A DNA stretch of 64,000 bases from positions 2,356,001 to 2,420,000 of the forward strand of contig OU015567.1 of assembly GCA_907165135.1 (NCBI GenBank), read 5' to 3'. The notes under the pieces were generated by a model that ran no database searches, was not told the DNA's origin, and saw only the letters and a list, made by a program, of their open reading frames with translations. The translations under genes were made by a program, and so were the position numbers. Origin of the DNA: Oikopleura dioica (lineage: Eukaryota; Animalia; Chordata). Below, in pieces: positions 36,298-49,295 of the stretch (the first letter of the stretch is position 1; every line of letters starts with the position of its first letter).

Positions 36298-39200
36298 TTG
36301 GGCACAAAAGAGTGTCGCCCCGAGGGGCGTTTTTCTCTCGAATGAAGCGGAGGACGAAGAAAAAGATTTGGGCACTGCAATCGGCGACGAAACCCAATGT
36401 GCGTGCCCATACGTAGATGAGAAACAAGGCTTTCTCTCGGCTGCACGCTAAGCGACCGCAGATCCGAATCTTGCGATCGATCGCAAAAGACTTTTAACGC
36501 AGAAAAAAAAACTGCAGAAATATTGTTATCAACAGAATACTCCCTTTTTCAATAATTAATTCTTGAAAAAAAAATTATTTTAAAACAACCCTTTGGTTGT
36601 CAAAATATAATATTTTCTCACGTTTTTATATAGTGACACCCTTATTTTGTTTTCAATAAAAAGTCAAACCTGCAGTCTAAGATTGATTTCTCTGAAATTT
36701 GCTCCAGAAAATCGATCAAAAACTCTTCATTTTTCATTTTTTCGGATTTTAAAATCTCTAAATCATCTCGTTTTGGCGGTATTGGGACTTGAAAATTGTC
36801 AAAAGAGGATGATTCACCGGTCGGTTCCATGTTAAAATACTCATGAGTTTCGGAGCACCGCGAAATCGCTCTAAACTCAGGAAGAGAAAGAAATTTAGAA
36901 AGAAAATAAATTTGATTTTCGATAATGCAATTGCCTTGAATAGAAGAATCTGAAAAAAGGGCTGAAAACTTGCCCTTGAGCTATCATTTCACACTTTTTC
37001 TTCACTCATTCTGTATTTACAAAGTTAATCTTACACAAGAAGGCTTTGGTCATCATCATCTTCATAAAACGAAACAGTTCGTTTTCTCAGCAATTTCGCT
37101 CTTTTTGTCAAAACTGGCTTCATACTTCTTTTGAATAAAAGTCTGATACAGATTGACAAGAAGACAAATGCTTTTAAATGGACCTCGACCCACGAAAGCG
37201 CCTTTTTCTCGGATCTAGCGCGACTGTGAAGCGGGATCAGAGCAGCTTAGATGGAAGAAGATACATTTTGAAGAATAAACAACAGAAGGTTACTGGCAAA
37301 GGCGGCGAATGAAACGTTGTTTTTGATATTTTTCAAATACCCAATGGCTTATTTTTTCAAACACAAACCATCATTTTATCAAAAAGGAGCCGCACGCGGC
37401 TATTCTTTATTTAATATTTCGACGGAACGCCAGAAAGAAGGAAATTCAAAAGAAAACGAGTCAATTTTAAGAGTCGGCAAAAGCCGCGAGCGGCTTACTT
37501 GATGTTTTGAAACTCAAGTGTGGTAGCCGCCCGCGGCTTTAAGCCGTGTTTTTGAAAATTGATGTTTTCTTTCGAGTTACAAATTTAGTTCTTTTCAAAT
37601 TTCTTAAGCCGCGCGCGGCTCATTCTTCTTGTTTTTTTTTATAAAATTTCCTACCTTAGAGTTTCTTTTATTTTGACAGTAGAAGTCAAATAAGCTTGAG
37701 TTTTGTTTCTGGTCAGATTTGTCTTTAAACTCTGGTTTGGCATCTTTTTTCTCACTCTCTGTGCTTTTTTCGCAAAAGAAAATAATAAAAAAAGGAGTGG
37801 TAATTCTGGGTATAACTATGTCACACCAGATAATGCGTATCAGTTCGGCTATCGGAAGACTTAGCGGCCTCAGTAAGCTGATTTTGCTATATGGCGCTCG
37901 TAGAGCTTACTGTGACGTTTTCCCTCACGTCATGAAACTACTTTATGTACTGAGGATTATCCAAATTATTATTTTTACATTTTACACGAATTGTAAGAGA
38001 ACGTCATTTTCCGTCCTGCTTGAGCGGTCAGAATAATGTAAATAACTTTGGAGAATTTATATAAATCAGATTTTTTGTTTTTAAAAAATGTTTACGAAAA
38101 AAATGCAATAAATAATTCTTATTCTGCATATGATTGGCTAACCAATTGAATACGGAAATCTGATTGGTCGCAATTGTTCCGAGAGACAAAGTCTTTGAAA
38201 AATGATACGACTTACGCTCTTGGCCAGGAGAAAATTCTCCCGACATTCGACCTATGATTTTCTGGATTTTGAGAATTTCTTTGGTCTTCGAAATTTCTTT
38301 CACTTCGAAATCTATTTCTCGTGAATCTCATCTCTTTTCAAATTCTCTTTGTTCTTGCTTCTTTTTTTTACAAAAACGGGAGGGCTATAAAGACGCAATT
38401 TGGAACCATGTTTGTCTCTCGTAAACTCGTCTTATTTACGTTTTCACGAAAAATGTCAAATCATAATTACGTGTTTCTTCAAACACTTTTTCTGACGATT
38501 GGGGCTTTCGTTGATTATTAAGTGACTCAGATCGGAAAGTCAAATATTACGATTTTTACCTACTAACTTCGATCGAAGCTGTTACCACAGACTCATTAAA
38601 ATGTACAAGAAGATAAATTATAGGGCTTGTTTACGAATAGAACATAAAAAAGGAAGAAAAAATCTAAGAAAATTAGTCTGTCGGAAATAGAATTCGTTAG
38701 GGGAAAGAAAATCTTCATGAAATAAAGGAAGAAAATAACCAGCTCCGAAATCTGACTTTCTCAGAATGCGACAAAAAGCGAAAACTCACAAACCACATGT
38801 TGACTCGAGCAAAACAACGGAGCTTCTGATGAAAATTTCCATTCCAGCAGAGATTGAAAATGAAGAATCATCGCTTCTTGCCCGCACTAGAACTCGTGAA
38901 TCTTCATCATCATGGCATTTTCGCGTATCCTCAATTATTTCATCGAAAGATCTTTCAAAGGATTGAATTTAAGCAAAAAAACTCGTGAAAGGCGCGCTTA
39001 TTGGGAGACTGCAGTTTTTATTCAGTTCATATTTTATCTTCAACTTGACGAAAGAACCAAGCCACGTCAAAATCGACTTTTCACTAGCAAGAAATAAAAT
39101 CGTCGCCACTACAAATCATATCAAATGTCAATTTAACAGTAAAAAATTATTGTATGCTCGTCCACTTTTTTTAAAATTATGATCCTTTCCTTGACTGACC

Positions 39201-40034
39201 GATTTGATACAATGATGGTTTTGGCATTTTCGCGATTGGAGATAATGGAAGACTCTTTGCAGATGCAAGGGGGTGGTGGAGCGGTAAATTCTATTTTTCA
39301 TTGAAAAAGGCTGTTTTCAATAAAATTTACGACAGAGATACTGTCGCTCAGTGGCTTATTCTGGAACACAGGTTAGGAACCAGAGTCAGGGTACTTTGAG
39401 CAGCTCACTTTGAGCACCCTGGGTTTCGACTCAGATTCCCGATTTATGACTTTTTTCCGATTTCATTCTCCGAAAAACTATTTCAATAAATTCCTTTGGC
39501 TTCTTTTCCACTCCTTCTTTTTCCTCTCTTTGCCCATCTTCGACGTCATTGCTTATTTCGTCCATTTTCGAACGCGTTGATATTTCCTCCGCCCTGCGTG
39601 CCTTCTATTCACTGCTCTTCATTTGTAAATGAGATTTGCTAAGAGCTCGGTTTCTTCTTTATATATTTTTTCTCGATTTCTCTCTGTCAGATTTCGTCTT
39701 CTCGTTATGAAAAATTCAGCGAGAGAAAGAACGAAAAATAAATAAACGTCGAATTAATTTTTTAAATCATTTTGTCGCATTCTGAGAGACCATGAAGAGA
39801 CCCTATCAGCAAATGGTTCTTTCTTTTTGAGAATGGATGCATATATATTTTTTGAATTACTGGAATTGAGAATGATCTGTTTAATTAGTTGTAGAACGCT
39901 TCATATCGATCAGTCTTTAGTTAAACCCAGAGATATAAAAAGTCTCGAAAAGATTTATTCTTGGGCAAATGTTAGGGTTTGTTCCACCAAGAATCATGGT
40001 CCAAAAAACCTCAACCCATACCGAATTTTTTGGA

Positions 40035-40305
40035 CGACGAAGCGACAAAACTTCTGTTTTTCACGAGAATTTTGGGGATGGTGTCTGGAACCGACAAAAA
40101 AGTTTCGACAAATTTTGCGTAGGCGGCTACTCGGCTGCTGATTGGCCGGTTTGCCGAATCCAGGCTTCTGATTGGTTGAAAATTTCCACGTAAAATTTGT
40201 CGAAATATTTTTGTCGGTTCCAGACACCTCCCCGAATTTTCGACTCAAATAATTGACCAAATAGCTGCCCAATCAAAAATTGTCGGAAATTTTGTCGCTT
40301 CGTCG
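40035..40305. repeat. Nested inverted-repeat (foldback) element without a clear TSD
   Basis: Outer arms CGACGAAGCGACAAAA / TTTTGTCGCTTCGTCG; inner arms of about 52 bp (about 40067-40120 vs 40186-40238). Confidence 0.7.
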
Positions 40306-41243
40306 AAAATTCTTTGTTTTCCTTTTGATTTCTGTTATTTACTATCCAGATTTTTGTCTCTACGGTAGTTGCTTAAATTACTTCGATTCAAAAAGTTTCA
40401 CAAAATAAGCATCCATCGCTTTGAAATTAAGAATATTAATTCAAAAAAAAATCTTTCTTTTTTGATTGAAAAAAAAAATCGGTGCGATCAAATATTGATG
40501 ACGATCTAAAATTTTCAGATCGAAGAAGGAAGAGTCAGGATAAGCCATATGTTCTGACGTACCATCACATTAACATAGAAAAATATTGTCAAAATTAACA
40601 TTTTCGATTGTAAAAATTAACTGTAATTACATTTTATTTACCCCCTTCTGACCGCATTCGCTCTTCTTAGTAATGATTCTGATTCTCTGAATTCTATCTG
40701 CCTGTACTCTGCTTTTTCTGACTGTGTTATTACTGTAACAGTCGAATCTGAGTTTCTTCTTTCAGAATTCATGAAAAAACTAAGGCTTTTTTCTTTCTTT
40801 TTTTTCGAAATTCGCGCTTGAAGGAAATCTGTGGCGGGCTTGGATTAGCCTTTTGGCGCTAATTCCTTAACTCGCTTATTCTGAGATCAAGAAAGCGAAA
40901 GAATTAATTATGTATTCTTCAAGCATACTAATAAACTGACCGACCTAGTGGCGACGTTAGTTGGTAAGTACCTAAGCTCATAATTCCTCCACAACGCTGC
41001 AGATTGGAGAACTGGATTGTCGGCGGCTTTGAGAAAAGAAGATCGACGATTTTGGGTGAGTTCCCGGCGAGTCTTCGATTGAGAATTTCGACGATTTCGC
41101 GATTGAGAATTTCGCCCTTGAAAATAATTGAAAAAAAGGAAGTTTATAAATGAGTAAATAAAGAGTTTTGGGATTTTTCACAAAGCCACAAGCGGATTTT
41201 TTGTTTATTTTTTAATATTTTGAATTCAGCAATAAAATCATTA

Positions 41244-41920
41244 CCTTTTCTACTGCTACTTCCACTTCTTCTACTCGCTCTTGAGCGGATTCTCCTTGAG
41301 CTCCTCAAAGTTGCACTGCTCGGCCTGGAGGAATTTCTGCTCATCGACAGACTTTTTCGCTTTTCCTCTTCTTTTCTCCTGTTGACAGAACTTTGAAGCT
41401 TTTCTTTGAAAATTGCCACTTGGACGATTTCAGTCATCGTTAGCCCTTTTACAGCGGGGCGTTTTTCGACGATATCCGTCCATTCTTCATCTTCTGAATT
41501 CTTTCTATCACGGGGTCGAAGCCTGAAGCCTTATTTGAAAGTTTTGCATCAAATAAAAAGGTTTTAATAAAATTTATTTGAAGTTTTCACGATAAAAATT
41601 TTTCAAAAAGAAAATTACCTTAATTTTCTTCTTGATCTCCGAATAGCATTTCTTCTTGGCATTATTTTCGTCTCCATATTTCCCGATTCCTTTTTCTTTC
41701 TTTCGCTATTGCTGTGGCTGGGCGTCTATTTAAAACTCTCGTGAATTTGACGATTTGATGATTTGTCGTATTTTCTGTTTTTCTGCTCAATGGAAACAAA
41801 GAGAGCTAGCTTCGATTTTCTTTGTCTTCCTTCTTTCTCTCGCCGTTTTCGTCTCAGTCTCTGTAAAAGTCAAAAAAGAAGCTGGTTTTTAGTTGAATCG
41901 AGTCTCAAATCACGACGTCA
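41244..41920 (-). CDS. Probable coding exons of a basic low-complexity protein (separate gene or long 5' isoform of DGK)
   Basis: Open, donor-terminated segments RVLNRRPATAIAKEKK..RRSRRKLK| and SGFDPVIEKNSEDEEW..RRSGSSSRK|GT. Confidence 0.35.
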
Positions 41921-42570
41921 TGATAGTTTGTTGCCGATAGTCTAAATTGTCATGGCGGTAATTACAGCCTCGCCCGACCCACTTTCTCGTAGAGAGGTGA
42001 ATTTTTAAAATATCCAGTTTCACTAGTCTTTTTTGACTAGTGAGCTCGCGCTCGTTAAAATTATTTTATCGAAAGGTCAGAAAGTTTTTGAGATCTCTTT
42101 TGGTTGAGAATCGCCAATGATCGATAAAGATTTGCCGTTTTAAGAAGAATCTGGCACTTCAATTAATGACGTTTTCAAATCAATTAAAATGCTATTAAAA
42201 ATATATGTTTTGCAAAAACTGCGTCATGGAAGTCGTCACAGAATCCACAGTTTTCAAGAAAAGAATATGCAGTAGAAAAAAGAAAGTCTCTTGGTAAAAA
42301 ATAAGCAGGTTTTGGAAAAGAGTCAGACTCGTAGATTATCTGCTCTTGATAAATAGAGAGAGGGGCTTTTGTTTAATTGTTGGAATTTGAGCCGACTCAA
42401 CGCATTTTTTTTATTCCTATTGCTTGCTTACTCATTATGTTTTCTTCCTTGATTTCAAATCGATCAAATAAAGACACACTCATCAGTCCTGACAAGTTTC
42501 TCAGTAAGCTTTGTTTAGTCACTGACTTAAAAAAAATTTAAAAAGAGCACTCTTTTTCCTTTGTTTCTTG

Positions 42571-43767
42571 GCTTGGCAACCTGTGTAAGAAACCTGAGTC
42601 TGGATCCAAAAGAGCTGTTTTGCTGCTTTGCTTCAAAAAAGCCGAAACGCGGCTTTTCGTTGAAGCTTTTTTAAATCCTGACACAGGTTTTCTACACAGG
42701 TTTACTACACAGGTTTTCTACACAGTAAATACCTGTATTTAGCCCCAATAACCGGCGATTGAAAGAGTTCTTCCTGGTCCAAAGCCGGTTGCGATCTCAG
42801 CAGCGTTCTCATCTTTGAATCAAAACTCAGGCCGCTTCTGTTTTTTCCTCCAGAAATCTGACGTTGAATTCCCTTCCATGATTCTTTTCCGTTTTTCTTG
42901 ATCTGAAGAAGATGGCTTTTACGGAAAGACGCGATGAAGTGGTAATTGATCGAACGTCACGGATTCTATTTTTAACCGGAGCTATTTTCACTTTTTTTAG
43001 CTCGTGGAATAAAATGACCACCGTTCGGGACGTAACAGGATAAATGATGGAGTTATTTGTGACCACGTTAAAAGTTCATCTACCTACCGAGTTAGCGAGT
43101 TTTTTCGTCGTGCTTGGAACTTTTTTCATCATTTGCCTGGTTCGCCTTCTTTCTCTGTCTCGCTTTCTTTTTCACCTCTTTTTTATGTCCCTGAATATTA
43201 GCCCGTCACATTGTAGCCCGTTTTTCTGATTGAACGTTATTTATAATTTACAAGGAGCCAAAGATTGAGAAAGATTACTCTGAGCGTGAAAACGGGGCGA
43301 ATTTCTACTTCGCTGCAACTGAGACCAAAGTAGTATCGACCAAGATTATGTCTGATTTTGAGACAGGCTAATATTTTAGCGGCAGATTCGTATGATAAAA
43401 GAATACTGCTATAGATACCGCAATATGCGATTTTATTTGAAACAAGTGGATTCGATATTAGCTCCTGGAAAAAAAACCGGCTCAGAATAATAATTTGCTT
43501 GACGAGTTTAATGAGGATCTAATGGATGTTTCTTCTCAGAAAAAACTGTATATAAAAGTTCAAATGTTGCCTAAAACAGGTAAAGCAATTTGGCTCGACA
43601 ATCTGTAAAGAAAACCTGAGTCAGGGTCTGATAGATCCTTAAAGAAAAGCCGTAGAGCCCCTGAGTCAGGCTTGGCTCGAGAACCTGTGTGGAATATCTG
43701 AGTCAGGGTCTAAAATATCTCTGAGGACGAGACCCTGACTCAGGTTTTCTACACATGTTCTCGAGCC
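42571..43767. repeat. Dispersed CCTGAGTCAGG-core repeat family copies (42571-42725, 43592-43670, hairpin 43674-43767)
   Basis: 38-bp arms GGCTCGAGAACCTGTGTGGAATATCTGAGTCAGGGTCT / AGACCCTGACTCAGGTTTTCTACACATGTTCTCGAGCC; related segments at 42571-42725 and 15405-15483. Confidence 0.65.
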
Positions 43768-44826
43768 CAGTTCTTGTCTACCCTACCAAAAAGATACTAT
43801 CTTGTTTGCGTTTCCAAAAGTCATTGACGTAAAATACCAAAACCGCTTCTTGCGAATAGAATATTGAATAGTTTATTGACAGTAGATTCAAAGAAGGCAA
43901 ATAGCAAGTTGAACTCGCGGGCTATTTGGAATGAAACAAAATTTCAAACCTGGCAAGAAAATAATCGCATTGATCGTTATTTTTATCGACAGAAAAGAAC
44001 AGTTGCTTCTGATCGGGCCCCGATCATCGGAGATTTGGGAACGGCGAAAATCGATTCCTAATTGATTACTGATCCTTGCGGCTTTAAAAAAGAGTTTTTT
44101 TAGCCCAGATTTTGGTCGAAAAAGGCCCTTGCGGCTTCCAAGATGCGATATTTATAGAAGCAAGAAGCCGCACGCGGCTTTTGAGCAAGATAGAAGATCT
44201 TGATTTTGGAAAAATTTCGAATCGGAATTTCTAGTTTTTGCTGAAAAAAACAGTCTCGAATGATCAAACCAAATGCCTTGAAAAGATCAAGAAAGAGTAG
44301 GGTATATCAATTTCACTCGAGAAAGGAAGCGAAATTCTTATGCAAATATGGAAATTTCCCAATTGTTGGCCGAAATTAAAAATTGAATAAGAGCGCCGCG
44401 CGTGGGCGTCGGCAGCTGATTCCCCTCATTTCTCAGCGCTCCTCATTTTTGCCGATCGCTCGATACGCATCACTGCCACTTTTTCGTGATTAGAGAAACT
44501 TCTGCCGCTTCTATAATTTTAAAAAATTATCAAGAGAAAATCTTATTAAATTATAACTCGAGCCCGCAGGGCGAGTTTTCTTTTGCCGATGGCGCGATAA
44601 TTGATAATTTTCTCGTCTATATATTTTCAAATTTCGACGAAGCTGCTTGCGGCTTTCGAGTCAAATACAGCAACATAACAAAATCTAATCTGTACTCCGG
44701 CAATTCTCTTCACATGTTGCCGAGCCCAGACCTGTGTGTCTGTTTTAAACTTTTCCTTTTACCACTTCCTGTTTCCTTTTATTAACAAAAACGTTCCTTC
44801 AGAAATCGGTTTAAAAGTAACAGAGC

Positions 44827-47800
44827 ATGGGGAAGGGTGAAGATGCCGATCTCCGTAAGGAGGTCGAGATGAACGAGCATCAAATCACAATTGAAGAGCT
44901 CGCCCGTCAATACGACCTCAACCTTAGCTCCGGTCTCAGCGATGCCGAAGCTAAAAAGGTAAAGAGAGAGCACAGTTGATGAAACTTGGCTGTCAGCAGC
45001 TTTTCGCGTCTCTTTTCGGAAGTGATAAGCGCGGGTGATAAGTGTCAAGGGCGTGTGACCAAAATTATTTTAGGGAAAAAGAACTTGGGTTGAAAATGAC
45101 CCGAGATATCCGCAACCGGCTCGCTTGCGGGTTTTTTTCGCCGATTTTATCGTTAGACTCGATAGCCGCAAGCGGCTATCTGGCAACATTCATCGCCCCA
45201 AATGTTCATCTTTTTATAAATTATGTGAATCTAAATCAAATTTTCTAGCGACTCGAGCGCGACGGCTACAACGAGTTGACTCCACCAAAGACCACTCCCG
45301 AGTGGGTCAAGTTCTGCCGCAATCTCTTCGGTGGTTTCTCCACCCTTTTGTGGATTGGATCAATCCTCTGCTTCCTCGCTTACTCCATCGAGTGCATCAA
45401 CTCTGAGGACCCAGTCGAAGACAACCTCTACCTCGGTATCGTCCTCGCCACCGTCGTCATCGTCACTGGTGTCTTCCAGTACTACCAAGAATCCAAGTCC
45501 GACGCCATCATGGAATCCTTCAAGAATATGGTCCCCCAGCAAGCGCTCGTCTTCCGAAACGGCGAAAAGAAGAACATCACCGCTCGAGAACTCGTCCTCG
45601 GTGACATCGTCGAAGTCAAGGGTGGCGATCGAATCCCTGCTGATCTCCGAGTCATTTCCTCTTCCTCCATGAAGGTCGACAACTCCTCCCTCACCGGTGA
45701 GTCCGAGCCACAGACCCGAGACGCCGAGCAGTCCACCGTCGAAGTCCTCGAAGCCCGCAACATCGCCTTCTTCTCGACCAACTGCGTCGAAGGATCCGCT
45801 CGTGGTGTCGTCGTCCGATGCGGTGATAACACTGTCATGGGCCGAATTGCCGCTCTTGCCTCCAACGTCGACTCTGGTGACTCTCCTATTGCTCAGGGTA
45901 AGTTAGAATTATAAATTTATTTTGTTATGAGATGTCTAATGTAAATTATATGTCTCAAAACCGCAAGCGTTTTTTCGCATCTGTAATGAACCTTTTTTGT
46001 AATCAAAACACCCCAAAATTAACCAAAATTGCTGCGGTTTTTCATCGGCAGATCGATAATTTTCGCCACCTTTGCGAAAAAGAAATCGATTGAACAAGCA
46101 AAAGCGCTTCAGTTTTAGTTTGAGTGGAGTTAATATTTGAACAGCGAGCCGGCGAAAAATAATCGAAATCACGCGCAAATATCGAGCCAAGAATTTTTGT
46201 CTGTTTGCCGGTGCGGCTCTATTTGTCAAATATGAAATGCAATTCGGAAATGTAATGACGTGCTTCTTCTCTTTTAGTGTTAAAATAGAACGGGCCAGTC
46301 TCTTATGAATTTCTTATTTAGAAATCGAGCATTTCATCCACATCATTACTGGTGTCGCTGTTTTCCTCGGTGTTACCTTCTTCATCCTCGCCTTCGTCCT
46401 CGGCTACTACTGGCTCGAAGCTGTCATCTTCCTCATTGGTATCATCGTCGCCAATGTCCCAGAAGGTCTCCTCGCCACCGTCACTGTCTGCCTCACTCTT
46501 ACCGCCAAGCGAATGGCCAAGAAGAACTGCCTCGTCAAGAACCTCGAAGCTGTCGAAACCCTCGGTTCCACCTCCACCATTTGCTCCGACAAGACCGGTA
46601 CTCTTACCCAGAACCGAATGACCGTCGCCCACATGTGGTTCGACGACAAGATCCAGGAAGCTGACACCACTGAGAATCAGACCGGTGCCAACATCACCTA
46701 CAAGGACGATGCTACCTGGCGAAACCTTGGACGAGTTGCCGCCCTCTGCAACCGAGCTGTCTTCCTTGCTGGCGAAACTGGACCCATCCTCAAGCGAGAA
46801 ACCGCTGGTGATGCCTCCGAATCTGCTCTCCTCAAGTGTTGCGAAATGATGATGGGCTCCGTCGAAGGAATCCGAGCCAAGAACCCCAAGGTAAAAAAGA
46901 CAACGATTCAACCTTGAAACCATAGAAGACTCTCTTCGCTTTTACTTATTCTTCTCATAGGTTTGCGAAATCCCCTTCAACTCCACCAACAAATGGCAGC
47001 TTTCCATCCACGAGACCGAAGACACCTCCGACCAGCGATACCTCCTTGTCATGAAGGGTGCCCCAGAGCGTATTCTCGCTCGATGCTCCCGAATCATGAT
47101 CAACGGCGAAGAAATCGAAATGACCAAGGAGTGGGAGGCCAAGTTCACCACTGCTTACGAAACTCTCGGTGGTATGGGAGAGCGAGTCCTCGGTTTTGCC
47201 CATCTTTACCTCGACGCTGCCGCTTACCCCAAGGGATTCAACTTCGACACTGACGAAATGAATTTCCCCAATGGTAACCTCGAAGCCGACCCCGAATCTG
47301 GCCTCACCTTTGTTGGTCTTATGTCCATGATTGATCCTCCCCGAGCTGCTGTCCCCGACGCCGTCGCCAAGTGCCGATCTGCTGGTATCAAGGTCATCAT
47401 GGTCACTGGTGATCACCCTATCACCGCCAAGGCCATCGCCCGATCCGTCGGTATCATCTCCGAAGGCAACAAGACCGTCGATGACATCGCTGAAGAACGA
47501 GGCATCCCCGTCTCCCAGGTTAACCCACGAGAAGCCAAGGCCGCCGTTGTGCACGGTTCCGACCTCCGAGACCTTGACGATGCTGCTATCGATGATATTC
47601 TCCGACACCACTCTGAAATCGTCTTCGCCCGAACCTCGCCCCAGCAGAAACTCATCATCGTCGATGGTTGCCAGCGAGCCGGTCAGGTCGTCGCCGTCAC
47701 TGGTGATGGTGTCAACGATTCCCCTGCCCTGAAGAAGGCTGATATTGGTGTTGCCATGGGTATCGCTGGTTCTGATGTCTCCAAGCAGGCCGCTGACATG

Positions 47801-48674
47801 ATCTTGCTCGATGATAACTTTGCCTCGATCGTCACTGGTGTTGAGGAAGGTCGATTGATCTTCGACAACTTGAAGAAGTCCATCGCTTACACCTTGACCT
47901 CCAACATCCCCGAAATCACCCCTTTCCTCGTCTTCATGTGCTTCTCAGTTCCCCTCCCTCTCGGTACCGTCACCATCCTCTGCATCGATTTGGGAACTGA
48001 TCTTCTCCCCGCCATCTCTCTCGCCTATGAAGAAGCCGAATCCGACATCATGAAGCGAAACCCACGAGACAAGTTCGCCGACAAACTCGTCAACGAGCGA
48101 TTGATCTCCATGGCTTACGGTCAGATCGGTATGATCCAGGCCCTCGCCGGCTTCGTCTGCTACACCGTCATCATGATGCAGAACGGTTTCTTGCCCGAGG
48201 ATCTCATGGGACTCCGAGTCAACTGGGACGACAAGGCTGGTATGGCTCTTGAGGATTCCTATGGACAGCAGTGGGCTTACTCCCAGCGAAAGATCGTCGA
48301 ATTCACTTGCCACACTATGTTCTTCACCGCTATCGTCATTGTCCAGTGGGCCGATGTCCTCATCTGCAAGACCCGACGATTGTCGATCTTCCAGCAGGGC
48401 ATGAAGAACAAGATCCTCATCGCCGGTCTCATGGAAGAAACCCTCCTCGCCGCTTTCTTGGCTTACTGCCCAGGAACCGACGCTATGTTGAGAATGTACC
48501 CACTCGAGTGGACTTGGTGGTTCATCCCAATGGTAAGCCAATCTAGCCCTGTTGTTTGATATTAACTGTCATTTCTAGCCATTCTCCCTCATCATCTTCA
48601 CTTATGATGAAATCCGAAAGATGCTCATCCGACGAAACCCCGGCGGTTGGGTCGAAAACGAAACCTACTACTAA
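44827..48674 (+). CDS. ATP1A: Na+/K+-ATPase alpha subunit (P2C), 5 coding exons
   Basis: Exons about 44827-44958, 45249-45898, 46322-46890, 46961-48533 and 48579-48674; motifs [66 protein letters not shown]-stop. Confidence 0.97.
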
Positions 48675-49295
48675 ACAGTTTTCGAAACGGATTAGATTTA
48701 ATCATTCTCCACTGTCCTCTCTTTATTTATTCCTGAAGCCCTGGCCCTCACCTATCTTCTTATCAAAGAGGGTTCCAGGCTCTAGTGCGTACTATTTTTC
48801 CTTTTGCTAAATGTAATTTTTATATTTTGATCGTGTTTTCTCCTTGTGCTAGCTTCGGCTAAATCTTCAATAGCTTGGGATTCAAATTTGAAAATAATAA
48901 TTACGACTTTTCAACCCTCTTTTCCCGATTTTGGAAGAGCCTTTTATTTCGGCCCTGGGCGAGAAAAGAATTAAAAACACTGTAAGACGCAAAATTATTT
49001 AGAGTTATTAATCGGGACAATCACTTATCTCTCTCTCATTTGTCCCTGGGATTGGGAAATTATTTGCAATTCTCTCTTCAAGTGTTACTGTTTTTCTTCA
49101 AATAAACTCGCGGAAATTATCATAAAAAAAAACTTGAATTCAATTAGTTTTTGAGTATTTATTTATTTTTATTGAAATCATGAACTGGTAGAAGAGATTG
49201 TAGTATTGAAGTATCTTTGTTTTGAAAAGTCTAAGGCTGTTTAGTATTATACAGAGGTATTTACAGTCTTTTGAGTATAATTTCTATTTATCTGT

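Noticed and set aside
45331-48546. Multiple antisense and alternative-frame ORFs over the ATPase (for example 46318-46923, 46955-47611, 47945-48541)
   Set aside because: Expected from strong codon bias that depletes stops in other frames
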